Below are positions 14,141 through 30,257 of a stretch of DNA of 64,000 nucleotides, in pieces. The translations under genes were made by a program, and so were the position numbers. The DNA comes from Octopus vulgaris (lineage: Eukaryota). Location of the stretch: NCBI GenBank assembly GCA_951406725.2, contig OX597822.1:67828001-67892000 (forward strand). The letters are read 5' to 3'. A model generated the notes under the pieces. The model was given only the letters and a program-made list of their open reading frames with translations, was not told the DNA's origin and searched no databases. Position 1 is the stretch's first letter. Every line of letters starts with the position of its first letter.

Positions 14141-14487
14141 GTAAAGGGGTAAAGACCCCCTTCGGTCATGAGTGACCATGGGTTTGCACCTAGAGAGTTA
14201 CCCTCTGAGGCACAAGTCTGGGCAAGGTTGTTTTTATGGAAGACCAGTAGTCGCCCATGCATACCGGCTTTCCCTCTCCACGCCACCAGTGTTATCCAAG
14301 GGAAAGACAAAGGTCGATACAGCTTGGCACCTGTGACGTCGCAACTCATTTCTACAGCTGAGTGAACTGGAGCAATGTGAAATAAAGTGTCTTGCTCAAG
14401 AACACAACATGCAGCCCGGTCCGGGATTCGAGCTCACAACCTCACGATCGTAAGCTCGACGCTCTAACCACTGAGCCATGCGCCTTC
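14141..14487 (-). mobile_element. tRNA-derived SINE (family C-type head) with a different, possibly RTE-derived 3' tail
   Basis: Head GAAGGCGCATGGCTCAGTGGTTAGAGCG, GTGTTCTTGAGCAAGACACTTTATTTCAC domain, tail ...GGTCACTCATGACCGAAGGGGGTCTTTACCCCTTTAC. Confidence 0.8.
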
Positions 14488-14785
14488 ACTACCATGAAGT
14501 ACCATGAGATTTTAATGAGTGAAACATGTAAACTTCCAGAACTGATAACATGAAACAGCACATCAGTTTAGTTTATTTCAATATATTTTCATTTTTAATT
14601 CCAGCATGACTAGGTCTTCATAAAACACTTGAAACTGGTAGCTGTTTAGTTAAAAACGTAAATATGGCCTTTCTCTTCTCCATGATAACTTTCCCTATGC
14701 ATTTTCTTCTTTCCAATTTTTTCACTGTATGTGTGTGTGCGTGTGTGTGCTTGTGTGTGCTTGTGTGTGGTGTGTGCGAGTGTAC

Positions 14786-14926
<141 letters not shown>

Positions 14927-15489
14927 TGAGAGAGAAACATGTGTGTGTTTGTGTGCGTCTATTCATAATCGTGGTCTCAAACGTGAAGAAAAGTGCTCAA
15001 TGCATACTGGAGACCTTATGTATTTAAGTCTTAGATATCACAAAATTGCCACTAAGGGAATCATGTTGACATTAATCATACAGTAAATCACTTACAGAGA
15101 TTACAAAATTTATGGCTAGAAAAAGTAAGATCAAAACGAAGCGGGAAAAACGTTTAGAAAACTGATACTCACTTAAGATAGTGTTTTTTTTTTTTTTGCA
15201 AGTTTAACTTAAAAAATGAAGACAACAAAAAGATAGAAATTAAAAAGTATAAAGATATACTACATTACACGTAGACGGTTTTTTTTTATACGCGTAGGGA
15301 CACATAGATTGCGTCTGTATATTTATAATAGATGTACACACACTCACATATTAACACAAATGTGGACGTACAAATGGACATATGCGCACATGCAGGCTCT
15401 CACGGACACACATCATACACGCATTCATATATACATACATATATATGCATTGGGTACTTTTCTTCGCCTTTGAGGCCACGATTATGAAT

Positions 15490-15828
15490 ACACACACACA
15501 CACACAGGCATACATACATACATACATATATACATACATACATACATACACACACACACATACATACATACATACATACATACATACATACATACATACA
15601 TACATACATACATACATGCATGCATATATACATACATGCATGCATATATACATACATACATACATACATGCATGCATACATACATACATACATACATGCA
15701 TGCATATATACATACATGCATGCATACATACATACATACATACATACATACATACATACATACATACATACATACATACATACATACATACATACATACA
15801 TACATACATACATACTTATATACATACA
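15490..15828. repeat. (TACA)n/(TGCA) microsatellite
   Basis: Read directly. Confidence 0.95.
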
Positions 15829-15829
15829 C

Positions 15830-15936
15830 ATCAACGAACAAAAGTACCCTATTGTTGATGTAGAAGACTTGGGTCTTGATTAGAAACCGGCACTTTCTCT
15901 ATTGGCAATAAATCTTGAAATTAAACCGAGCAGTGA
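15830..15936 (+). mobile_element. 3' UTR fragment of an R4/Dong-like RLE retrotransposon
   Basis: TTAGAAACCGG...TCTCTATTGGCAA...TCTTGAAATTAAAC...GACATACATAC, homologous to the 3' ends at 16980-17045, 22583-22650 and 23408-23470. Confidence 0.7.
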
Positions 15937-16034
15937 CATACATACATACGTACACACATACATACATACATACATACATACATACATACATACATACATA
16001 CATACATACATACATACATACATACATACATACA

Positions 16035-16508
16035 TCAACGAATACTGGTGGAATATTACCATCAAAACTTCTGTCAAATGTAAACATAACAGGTCGGATA
16101 TTTTTGTTTGGGACAGAAGGGCATACGTATGTACCGTCATAGAGGTCACCTGCCCTGCAGATATAAATATCTTTTTTAAAATCAAAGAAAAAGAGTATAT
16201 CTATGATCAACAGCTTAGAAACCTCCAGCTTCTATATCCAAACAATGAATTCATATTCATACCAATAATAATTGGAGCACTAGGTTTTGTTAGTAAATGC
16301 TTAAAGGAGAATTTGGATAAACTGGGATTTTCAGAAAGAGAAATTGGCCTGCTAATTATAAGTGCAATCTGTGAGCGGAACAGTAAAAATATGCAAGACT
16401 TTTCTCAAGTCTGTGTTAAGTACTTCCCAAAGATGGAGCCTTGTATTTTTGTTGGAAATCGGCTCCCTCCTCAGTAGAAGATTTATAATAATTAAAAAAT
16501 AGAAGAAA
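16035..16508 (+). mobile_element. R4/Dong-like non-LTR retrotransposon 3' fragment (RLE domain)
   Basis: EYWWNITIKTSVKCKHNRSDIFVWDRRAYVCTVIEVTCPADINI..KEKEYIY...PIIIGALG matches the RLE signature (HN.PD...D...IEV..P...KE.K..Y...P+++GALG); (TACA)n on both sides. Confidence 0.85.
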
Positions 16509-16581
16509 CATACATACATACATACATACATACATACATACATACATACATACATACATACATACATACATACATACATAC

Positions 16582-17041
16582 CTGCATTAACAGAAAATAC
16601 TTGACATAGTAATTTGGGATAGAGAAGAGAAACTGTGTACAGTTGTAGGTATTAACATAAAGCTAAAGATCAGCGAAAAAGAACTACGCTGAAGTATTGA
16701 GGGGTCTACAGCTATTCTATCAAGATTGTAAGTTCAAACTTATACCTGTAATTATTGGGGCTTGGGATATGTAACACACTGTGTAAATACTAATCTTGAG
16801 AAATTAGGCTTCTCGAAACCAGGAAGGTAGAAGCTGGTTCGAAGACTACAGATTCAAACTATCGCTGGAAATGTAAAAGTTGTAAAACTTTCCAGAGGTT
16901 TAAGATTTAAGTATATATGAAGATATACATGCAAACAAAAATATCTTGTTGTTGAAATTTCAATGAAGTAGCTTTAGATCTGGGTTAAAAACCGGCTCTT
17001 TATCTACTGGCAAGACATCTTGTAATAAAATTGAATAATGA
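16582..17041 (+). mobile_element. Second, more degenerate R4/Dong-like 3' fragment
   Basis: DIVIWDREEKLCTVV...KFKLIPVIIGA...NTNLEKLGFSKP...RRLQIQ with frameshifts; ends at GACATACATAC. Confidence 0.8.
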
Positions 17042-17054
17042 CATACATACATAA

Positions 17055-17220
17055 GCTACAAATTATTGAGATATATGGGACTATAAAAATGTGTAAGAAC
17101 TTTATAAGGTTTATAAGGTTTAAAGGATGATGGTTAAAACAAAATGGTTTCTTTCACAATCTTGTAAGCAAGTAGCTGGACGGTCAAAATTTATTCAAAA
17201 TTAAAAACGAGAATGATATC
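17055..17220 (+). mobile_element. Short 3' end of a related RLE subfamily
   Basis: LQIIEIYGTIKMCKNF... then TTTAAAGGATGATGGTTAAAA 3' UTR, homologous to 24098-24255 (-); followed by (TACA)n. Confidence 0.65.
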
Positions 17221-17400
17221 ATATATACATACATACATACATACATACATACATACATACATACATACATACATACATACATAGATACATACATGGATGA
17301 ATACATACATACTTAAAAACACATACATGCATACATCATACATACTTATAATCATGTATGCTTGTATGCATAAATACATACATACATACATACACACACA

Positions 17401-17698
17401 TGGAGCACTCCGTCAGTGTCCCAGCTGATCCGATCAACGGAACAGCTTGCTCGTGAAATTGACGTACATGTGGCTGAGCACTCTGCAAACACGTTTACCC
17501 TTAACGTAGTTCTCGGGGAGATTCAGCGTGACACAGACTGTGACAAGGCTGGCCCTTTGAAATACGAGTACTACTCATTTTTGCTAGCTGAATGGACTGG
17601 AGCAACGTGAAATAAAGTATCTTGCTCAAGGACACAACGCGCCGCCGGGAATTGAACTCACGAGGAGCCGAATGCCCCTAACCATTAAGCCAAACACC
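17401..17698 (-). mobile_element. tRNA-derived SINE family C
   Basis: GAGTTCAATTCCCGGCGGCGCGTTGTGTCCTTGAGCAAG..., tail ...TTCACGAGCAAGCTGTTCCGTTGATCGGATCA. Confidence 0.85.
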
Positions 17699-17744
17699 TT
17701 CACAACATACATACACACACATACGTACATACATACATATATGC

Positions 17745-17975
17745 ATGCATACGTACATGCATACATGCATACATGCATACATGCATACATGAATCTATAC
17801 GTACGTACATACATGCATACATACATGCATGCATGCATACGTACATGCATACATGCATACATGAATCTATACGTAGGTACATACATGCATGCGTACATGC
17901 ATGCATGCATACGTACATGCATACATGCATACATGAATCTATACGTACGTACATACATATATACATACATGCATG
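17745..17975. repeat. 72 bp higher-order repeat (3 copies) within CATA/CATG microsatellite
   Basis: GAATCTATACGTA at 17791, 17863 and 17935. Confidence 0.8.
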
Positions 17976-19291
17976 CATACATACATACATACATACATAC
18001 ATACATACATACAAACATACATAACCTACATACATACATAACATACATACATACACACATATGCGTGTAGATGCACATAAATATTAGTAAAACATACACC
18101 GTATGCATTCAAGAGTATAAGACCGATATTTACATATACCCAATCGGGCATATCCGAAAGTAGATATGCACACACAGGGGCCATAACCATTCTCTGTTAT
18201 TTGTAGGTACAATGCATCAATTACAACGTTATGCAATCTAGTTTTATTTGAATAAGATGGCAAACTATGATTTGAGAGAGATTTACATGTTATTTCTGGT
18301 ATCTCGAATGACTGCTTAGAGGTCTGTTTGATTTTCTTCTCTTGCAATGCAGATGGAGATTTAAATAATAATAATAAAAAAAGTGTGACTAGAGAATAAT
18401 GCAAAAGTGTGTATGCTAAGGAATCTTCCAGATAAATGTTGAAGAATGCTGTTCTTCGTTGGCTCGTATATAAACCGTTGGTTACTCCGGTGATCCTTAG
18501 ATAGATATAAATTCTAAGAGACATTTAAGCCCCTGCACACACACAAACACACACACACACACACATTCATTCATACACTCATTCATACATACATACACAC
18601 GCATGTAAAGGCACGCGTTGCTCGAGCATTCTCAAGCTCTTAGCTATATTTCATTCTTGATTGAGATGTCAGGTTCCTGACAGATAACATCTTGATAGAT
18701 GCACCAATTACATCAATTGGCGTGCCATTAATACGTGTGCCTGTCCTGGAAGAATTTGTTGATCGGTCAGACTAGATCCGGATGGGTATACTAACTGCAT
18801 TACTTTGCATGATTTAAATGGTTACGGTTGAGTGACTTTCAATGGTTGAATAGTTGTGAATTCGGCATTTTATTGCATTGGGAAAACATTTGCTGACAAA
18901 TACAGCATTTCTTTTTAAAACACAGATTCTCTGCAAATTCAAACGACATTGCTATAGAAAACAAGACTCACATACACATAGAAGCACACGTCTGTATTTT
19001 ATGTATCCCAAAATGTATGTTTGTATATTTATATGTCTATATGTGTGTGTGTGTGAGTGTGTGTGTGTGTTTGTGTGTGTATGTGTATGTATGTGTGTAT
19101 CTGTGCATATGTATATATATATATATATAGATAGATAGATAGATAGATAGACAGAGAGAGAGAGAGAGAAAGAAAGAGAGAGAGATAGATAGATAGAGAG
19201 ATAGAGAGATACATACATACATACATTGATACATACATATATACATACACACACACACACACTCACACACACACACTCACACACACACACT

Positions 19292-19322
<31 letters not shown>

Positions 19323-19649
19323 GTATATTTATGTATATAAATTAGAGAAGAACCACCATGTAGCAATTCAACAATGATATAATTAAATCATACCATACAG
19401 AAAAAGATTATATATACGATAAAACATTTACTTAGAACTAAATAAAGTACGAAATAATAAATAAATAGTATATAATTAGTAAATAGACTAATTTATATAT
19501 ATGTGTGTGTTTGTGTGTATGTGTGTGCGTGTGTGTGTGCGTGTGCGTGTGTGTGTGTGCGTGTGTGTGTGTGTATGTGTGTGTGTGTGAGTGTGTGTAT
19601 GATAGATTATTTTTGTGTATGTATATGTATATATATATATATATATACA

Positions 19650-19850
19650 CAGGAGCAGGAGTGGCTGTACGATAAGAAACTTGGTTCCCTACCATGTGGT
19701 CCTGGGTTCAGTCCTACTGCGTGAAACCTTGGGCCAGTGTCTTCTACTAATGCCTCGGCCGGACCAAAGTCTTGTGAGTAGATTTGGTAGACGGAAACTT
19801 AATGAAGCCCGTCGTATATTCAGCATGGCCGCAGCTCTGAGCTGAAACAA
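19650..19850 (+). mobile_element. SINE family B, internally deleted
   Basis: Head and core joined directly to the CAGCATGGCCGCAG...CTGAAACAAG tail. Confidence 0.75.
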
Positions 19851-20218
19851 GGGAAAAAAAGAATATATGTATGTTGGGAGAAATGTTGGCCTGCTCGCCT
19901 AGCCAGCGCGGTGGCGTCATTCGAACGCTAAAACGATACAAAGCGTATTGTGGCCAGTAATGTACAACATCTGATAAACTGGCCGGCCATGTGGTCACAT
20001 GATGCGTTTGTGCTCGCATGTGTGTCATGAGGTGGGGTCTGTATAAACGTGTGCAACGCCTGCCAGATACGACTACAGTAAGTCAAACCTTGACGGAACA
20101 CAGTAAATTCAGAGCGCAACAGTTGTATCATTCAACCGAATGGTTATTCCAAACATACAATACTAAATATGAGAAATGTATGTTGTAAGTTGAAGCACTT
20201 ATATATATATATGATATG

Positions 20219-21050
<832 letters not shown>

Positions 21051-21481
21051 CATGTATATATGTCTATGTTTGTCTTTGTGTATATGCACGCCTGTATCTG
21101 TAATATAAAATCATATTTCCATGTTTGTTTTTAACGTTTTACGTGTAGCTGTGTAAATTTGTATGCATGTATATATATATATATATATGCGTGTGTGTAT
21201 ATTGTCTTATGTACATAACATTGTTTACACATTTTTCTAAAAATATGTGTGCATGTGTGTGTGTACATGTGAGTGTGTGTCCGTGTGTGTATTAATGTGT
21301 GTGCATGCGAATATGTTTGTGTACTATTTATATTTGGTTATTGACCTGAAAAACTGCTCACTCAGCCATATTCTACGAATTCAGAATAACTTTGACCAAC
21401 CATTAACCGTTTATTTGATTACTTGGGTTGGTTCTTCAGAATGCTGACTCATACAACGACATCAGCAACGACAACAACAGC

Positions 21482-21521
<40 letters not shown>

Positions 21522-21852
21522 GAAACGATTATATTAATAATAAAGATAACAATAATAATAATAATAACAGTAACAAACACTTAAGAATATCTTCATTATA
21601 CGAAATGTTTTAAGCGATGTTATTCATTTGCTTTCAATGCCTGACTTACGGATATTAAAGTTCCTATTTATATACATACATACAAACATACATATATATA
21701 TATATACATAAACATATACATACAAACGTACATTCACACATGCATACATATATGTGTTTACATATATATATCCAGAAATGTGAGTGTAAGTGTGTGTATG
21801 TGTGCGTAAACACATAAGACACAAATATATATTTGAAACTTTATAGAGATAG

Positions 21853-21913
<61 letters not shown>

Positions 21914-22346
21914 ATACGTGTGTGTGTATGCATAGATGTGTTTATTAACATATGTACATAAATTCACGCCGTGTATATATGTATATATATGTATATATAT
22001 ATATATATTTGTATAAATGTATATACATATACATATTTGTGGATGTATATTTATATATACACTAAGACAGACATGGTTATATGGTGTGCATTCAGGAACA
22101 CATGTGCGTACGTGCGCGCTTTTGTGTGTGTGCGTGTGTATGTTAGATACAGATACATATTTAAAACCTTATACAGATAATTATAAACGCGCGCTATATA
22201 TATATACATGTGCATATATATATATATATGCATGTGTGTATAAATGTATATACATACGTACATATTCGTGTATGCACATTTATATATATACTAAGACATT
22301 CATGGTTATATCGTATGTGTTTATGAACACGTGCGTGCGGGCGGGC

Positions 22347-22378
<32 letters not shown>

Positions 22379-22529
22379 TGTATGTGCCTGTGTGTTTGTG
22401 TCCGTGTATTTTGGAGTCTGTGTCGGTGCAAATACTTTGGTTGTACAGCCCTGTGTCGGCTCTGACCCAACCTATCAATAGTCAAATGCGTTCCAGCTAT
22501 GTTGATCCTATTATAAATGATACTCACAC

Positions 22530-22565
<36 letters not shown>

Positions 22566-22582
22566 CACATATAATATGTATG

Positions 22583-23395
22583 TCTTTATTCACTTTTATT
22601 TCAAAAAGTCTTGCCAATAGAGAAAGAACCGGTTTCTAACCTAGATCTAGGTCACCTACATTGGAAATTTCAACAACATTAATAGGATATTTTTGTATGT
22701 ACGTATGTATATGTGCAGATTATTATGTTTCCTTTTATGCGTGTATTCTCATGCATGTCCAAGAAAAATGGGTTTTGTAGTCATGGTTTCTTCTATTATG
22801 GTTTCTACAGCTAGAAATAATTTGTTTACCAGTTGAGCTGTTTTCATTCTGCTCTTCGGTTGCGTTGTTGATGTTGTGTCCAGCCATATTGTTGTAGTAA
22901 CTGTCTGCATGGTAAATTCAACTTTCAGTCGGAAATCACTACGACCGTGTATAAAAAACTCCTCCAGTTATCTTTATATATAAAAGTGAAGTTGTGTGTC
23001 TGTCTCCTACGATTTAGATTCCTAACTACTCCCACATTTTGCGGTGCAGTTTAATTAAAAGCGGGTATCTTATAGTCAGGATTCATATCGAGCCCTTCTG
23101 GGTATTAGCGCGCGTCTACGATGAGTCTACGATTTTAAAAAAAAATTTACCATCATTTTTTTCCCATTTCTAATGCATTTTTTGCTATTATATAAGGGAA
23201 GTAACTCTCTAAAAATGTTTATATAGTTATTTACCTTACAAACCCGAGCAACGCCGGGCGATACTGCTAGTTTCATATGAAGATTAACCAGTTATTTAAC
23301 AAGGTTGTTAGTTGTGGCGTCAAAGTTGGAAATAGTATTCATCGTATTTTCGATAACTAGTCCCCAAGGCCTAATATGTAACTTGTCGCTTCGAG
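22583..23395 (-). mobile_element. Probable internally deleted derivative of the Dong-like element, interrupted by a Helitron
   Basis: 3' UTR at 22583-22760 matches 23408-23580; the upstream part lacks RT/RLE sequence; short ATAC remnants at both ends. The 5' assignment is inference. Confidence 0.5.
22971..23270 (+). mobile_element. Non-autonomous Helitron (300 bp)
   Basis: A|TC 5' end, subterminal hairpin CCCGAGCAACGCCGGG, CTAG|T 3' end, no TSD. Confidence 0.88.
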
Positions 23396-23407
23396 TTATG
23401 TATATAT

Positions 23408-24089
23408 GACATTGTTCAGTTTCAAGATCTCTTGCCAACTGAGAAAGAGCCGGTTTCTAACCTTGATCGAAGGCTCCTTCATTGGAATTTCAAAATCAAC
23501 AAGGTATTTTTGTTTGTATGTATATATGTATGTATATGTGCAGATTTGTATGTTTTGCTTTGTTTGTGTATTCTCATAGATATAGTTGCAAATCTAGACA
23601 TGCTAATATATAATTAAATGATAAACTTCTGGAAAGTTTTACAGATTTTTACAGTTACAGTGATGAATTGGATCTGTAGTCTTCGAATTAGCTTTCTCCT
23701 TTCTGGTTTTGAAAAGCCTAATTTCTCAAGATTAGTATTTAGGCAGTGTGTTACATGTCCCAGGGGCTCCAATACTTACAGGTATAAACGTGAACTTGTA
23801 ATCTGGATAGAGTAACTATAGAATTCTCAATACTTCAGCGTAGTTATTCACTGATCTTCAGCTGGGCAGCTAATTTCCACAACAGTACAAAGTTTCTCTT
23901 CTCTATCCCAAATTATTATATCAGGTGTGTGTTGCTTCTATTTTGAGGTCTTAATTGGGACATTCCACCAGTATTCCTTTTTATTATGAGTGGCTATGGC
24001 TTCTACCGTACTATGGGTTCTTATTTCTTTGTCCTTGAGGTTATCCTTCCGACGGATATCATTATAGAGTATCCTAGCTATAACATCTT
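23408..24089 (-). mobile_element. R4/Dong-like 3' fragment (region after the zinc knuckle, RLE domain and 3' UTR)
   Basis: DVIARILYNDIRRKDN...EYWWNVPIKTSK*KQHTPDIIIWDREEKLCTVVEISCPA...YPDYKFTFIPVSIGAPG...KICKTFQKF with stops and frameshifts. Confidence 0.85.
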
Positions 24090-24097
24090 GTATGTAT

Positions 24098-24255
24098 ACT
24101 CTCTTTTACGTTTTTAATTTAGAGTTAATCTTGACTGGCAACCTACATGGTTACGAGGTTGTAAAGGAAAAGTATTTTGTTTTAACCATCATCCTTTAAA
24201 TCTTATGAAAGTCTTACATATTTTTATAATTCGAGATATCATGATCATCTGTAGC
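24098..24255 (-). mobile_element. Short RLE-element 3' end, same subfamily as 17055-17220
   Basis: Shared TTTAAAGGATGATGGTTAAAA UTR; 3' end abuts ATACATAC. Confidence 0.65.
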
Positions 24256-24339
24256 GTGTGTATGTATGTATGTATGTATGTATGTATGTATGTATGTATG
24301 TATGTATGTATGTATGTATGTATGTATGTATGTATTTAG

Positions 24340-24685
24340 GTATGGCGTCCATCAGAGATATCTGAGACATATTCTGCATGTTGGCTGAACCTTTAAAAAC
24401 TCAAAATACACAGGAGCTGAGGAAAGCTGATATTGATGCGATAGTACACAAACACCGGATAGGTGGGACTGGGCACATTGATAGAATCAATAATAGCAGG
24501 ATCCCTAAACATATGCTATATGGGGTACCTGTTAGTGGAAAGCGACCCCGGCAGAAGCCAAGACTGCGATTTAAGGACTGTGTAAAGTCCTCATTAAAAG
24601 CATGCAAAATGCGGGAAGCTGAGTGGGAGAGCAATGCTTGTCATCGCCACGGATGGAGGAAACAGGTAAAGGAGAGAGTCGATAA
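24340..24685 (+). mobile_element. RTE-clade LINE fragment (C-terminal region after RT)
   Basis: GHIDRINNSRIPKHMLYG...GKRPRQKPRLRFKDCVKSSLK...WESNACHRHGWRKQV matches the RTE/BovB pattern GHV.RM...R.PK..LYG...G.R..G.P..R.KD. Confidence 0.85.
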
Positions 24686-24820
24686 CACATACATATATAT
24701 ATACATATATATATATGTATATATATATATTTATATATATATATATATGCTCACCACCTTTTATCTTATTCTATCCATCCATCCATCCGATACATACATA
24801 CATACATACATACATACATA

Positions 24821-24850
24821 CGGTTGTCAAGCAATGCTAGGGGGACAAAC

Positions 24851-24882
<32 letters not shown>

Positions 24883-25059
24883 GAATATTTACAACGGGCT
24901 CCTACACAGTACACAGTTTCAATCTTCTACCAAATCCACTCACAAGGCATTGGTCGGCCCGGGGCTATAGCAGAAGACACTTGCCCAAGATGCCACGCAG
25001 TGGACTGAACCCGCAACCGTGTGGTTGGTTAGCAAGCTACTTACCACACAGCCACTCCT

Positions 25060-25112
<53 letters not shown>

Positions 25113-25184
25113 CATATCTATCCATCCATCCATCCATCCATCCATCCATACATACATACATACATACATACATACATACATACA

Positions 25185-25217
<33 letters not shown>

Positions 25218-25400
25218 GAATATTTACAACGGGCTCCTACACAGTACACAGTTTCAATCTTCTAAATTCACCCACAGGACATTGGTCAGTGCGGGGCAGT
25301 ATGGCAGCATAGCAGAAAACACTTACACAAGATGTCGCACATCGGGACTGAAGCCGAAACTAACTGGTTACAAAACAAACCTCATAATCACGCAACCATG
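24821..25400 (-). mobile_element. Two SINE family B copies with a locally duplicated ~60 bp segment
   Basis: Head at 25040-25062; TGAATATTTACAACGGGCTCCTACACAGTACACAGTTTCAATCTTCTA is identical at ~24882 and ~25217. Confidence 0.7.
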
Positions 25401-25509
25401 CCGTATAAATTCAAAAACTCGTATATTGTTCAGGTGATCGAAAAATTGCTTAACACATAGACACCATCATCATCACTGACGGTGAATCCATTACAACTGT
25501 CAACCACAT

Positions 25510-25581
<72 letters not shown>

Positions 25582-25604
25582 CGTGTGTGTGTGTGTGCGT
25601 GTGC

Positions 25605-25645
<41 letters not shown>

Positions 25646-25683
25646 CGTGTGTGTATTTGTGTGTGTATGTGTGTGTATCACAA

Positions 25684-25754
25684 TATACATATATATATAT
25701 ATTATTATATATAGAGAGATAGATAGATAGATAGGTAGATATATACACACACAC

Positions 25755-25786
<32 letters not shown>

Positions 25787-25828
25787 ATATATCTACCTAT
25801 CTATCTATCTATCTCTCTATATATAATA

Positions 25829-25848
<20 letters not shown>
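25684..25848. repeat. Fold-back (inverted) duplication of a compound microsatellite
   Basis: TATTATTATATATAGAGAGATAGATAGATAGATAGGTAGATATATACAC... is mirrored by ...GTGTATATATCTACCTATCTATCTATCTATCTCTCTATATATAATAATA around ~25762. Confidence 0.8.
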
Positions 25849-25875
<27 letters not shown>

Positions 25876-25896
25876 CATATATTTATATACATATAT

Positions 25897-25938
<42 letters not shown>

Positions 25939-26621
25939 CATTTTGTATGTAATAAATTAGAAAGAAGACTACAGATACAAAAGATATATATATATATATA
26001 TGTACAGAGCTGGAAGTTCATACACAATAAATTCTGAAAGTCTTAACTACAAGTACAATTGATTTAGTCTGTGAAAATGTAATAATACAATACGATACGT
26101 ACAAGAAATGACTGAAATACCGTTTATCATTTATGAAGAACTTGAACAGAGAGAGAGAAAAAAACGAAACGAAACGAAACGAAACGAAACAAAGCAAGAT
26201 CGTTATGTGTTTCTTTCGGTTGATGTAAATAAAAGCCACAAGTAGTAGTGATCCTGTGTAGTGACCCTCTCATGTCAAGTCTCTATTGTTATATCTGTCA
26301 CACGTGGCATTCAAGCGAATTTACTTCAAAAGACTGATTTAACAATACCGTCGCTGCTGCGGTAACAACTGATAATGATGATGATGATTGTGGTGATGGT
26401 GATGATGATGATGATGATGATGATGACAATAATAGAATTGCAAAAAAAAAAAGCCAAATTTACAGAAACGATGCTCAAATAATCCACATTTTTGTTAATT
26501 CTCATATTTTTTTAGCTTTTCGTTCCTAATATTTCAATAGACACATACATAAACATATACAGACACTCAAATACACACATAGACACACACACACAAACAC
26601 ACACACACACGCACACGCACA

Positions 26622-26683
<62 letters not shown>

Positions 26684-26789
26684 GACAACCACACACATAC
26701 ATATATATACACAGCACACAAACATAAGATTTCTCTGTGTGTGTATGTTTATATATATATACACATATATATATTTACTTTCGCAGTAG

Positions 26790-29240
<2,451 letters not shown>

Positions 29241-29367
29241 ATCATGGACCTTTAGATCAATTTGGGTCCTCTTTCCTTTCTTGTCTTTAGCCGAGCTAAC
29301 AATGTCGTCCCCCCCCACCATATTTTTCATAGCATCTGCATACATTCTCTTTTTTTCTTCTTAAATT

Positions 29368-29722
29368 TGTTTCAGCCATCTGACTGCGGTCATGCTAGAG
29401 CACCACCTTTAGTCGAACAAACTGACCCCAGGACTTATTCTTTGTAAGCCTAGTACTTATTCTATCTGTCTCTTTTGCCGAACGGGGACGTAAACACACC
29501 AACATCGCTTGTCAAGCGACGGTGGAGGAAGGGGGCAAACACAAACATATACGCAAACATATATATATATATGAATATATATACGACAGGCTTCTATCAG
29601 TTTCCGTCTACCAAATCCACTCACAAGGCTTTGGTCGGCCCGTGGCTATAGTAGAGGACACTTGCCTAAGGTACCACACAGTGGGACTAAACCCTGAAAC
29701 ATGTGGTTATTAATCAAGCTAC
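29368..29722 (-). mobile_element. SINE family B
   Basis: Tail and core as in 9149-9551. Confidence 0.85.
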
Positions 29723-29914
29723 TTTATTTCAAAATTTTGCCATAAAGGCATGGCACAGAGGGAGTAGCTTGCGGGCTGGACAAAAACATTGATGAGAAAA
29801 AATTAGGAAAAAGGATGATATTGATGGGAGAAGACAAAACACGCCCGCCGATTTTTTGCTTCTCTAAAACATTATTCTTTTTTTTTTTTTTTACACAAGA
29901 AAAAACACAAAACG

Positions 29915-30250
29915 AGGTATTAAACCTCTTACTTTAGTTGTTACAGTTACTGGACTTAATAGTCCAATACGAATTGAGGCGCTGAGTCTCTTACACACAA
30001 TCACAAACATTTAGGCACTAAAGCCTCTTTATCCTTCCACCTCGACCAGGCTGTATGCCACCCGTAGGCAATACTCCAGCGTCAGGTCGGGGCCCCAGGA
30101 GGCGAAACTAAACTGGTCCTTCGGGAAGGAGTCCATCACCCTGAACATATCGACATCCGATATGACCTCCGTAGTCACCTGCGGAAGCCAATCCGGGTCC
30201 CGGATCTTCAGTCCAGAGCATGGGCTCCCCTCTCTGGCCCTCTAGCTTCC
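29915..30250 (-). mobile_element. Possible ORF1-end/ORF2-start remnant of an L1/Tx1-like LINE
   Basis: GC-rich island reading ...KIRDPDWLPQVTTEVISDVDMFRVMDSFPKDQFSFASWGPDLTLEYCLRVAYSLVEVEG*, then IRIGLL...KVRGL, resembling an APE N-terminus (NVRGL). Confidence 0.35.
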
Positions 30251-30257
30251 TTATGAA

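Noticed and set aside
15902-16477. Intact 191 aa endonuclease gene
   Set aside because: The N-terminus is a 3' UTR plus microsatellite and the C-terminus is frameshifted; it is a truncated retrotransposon
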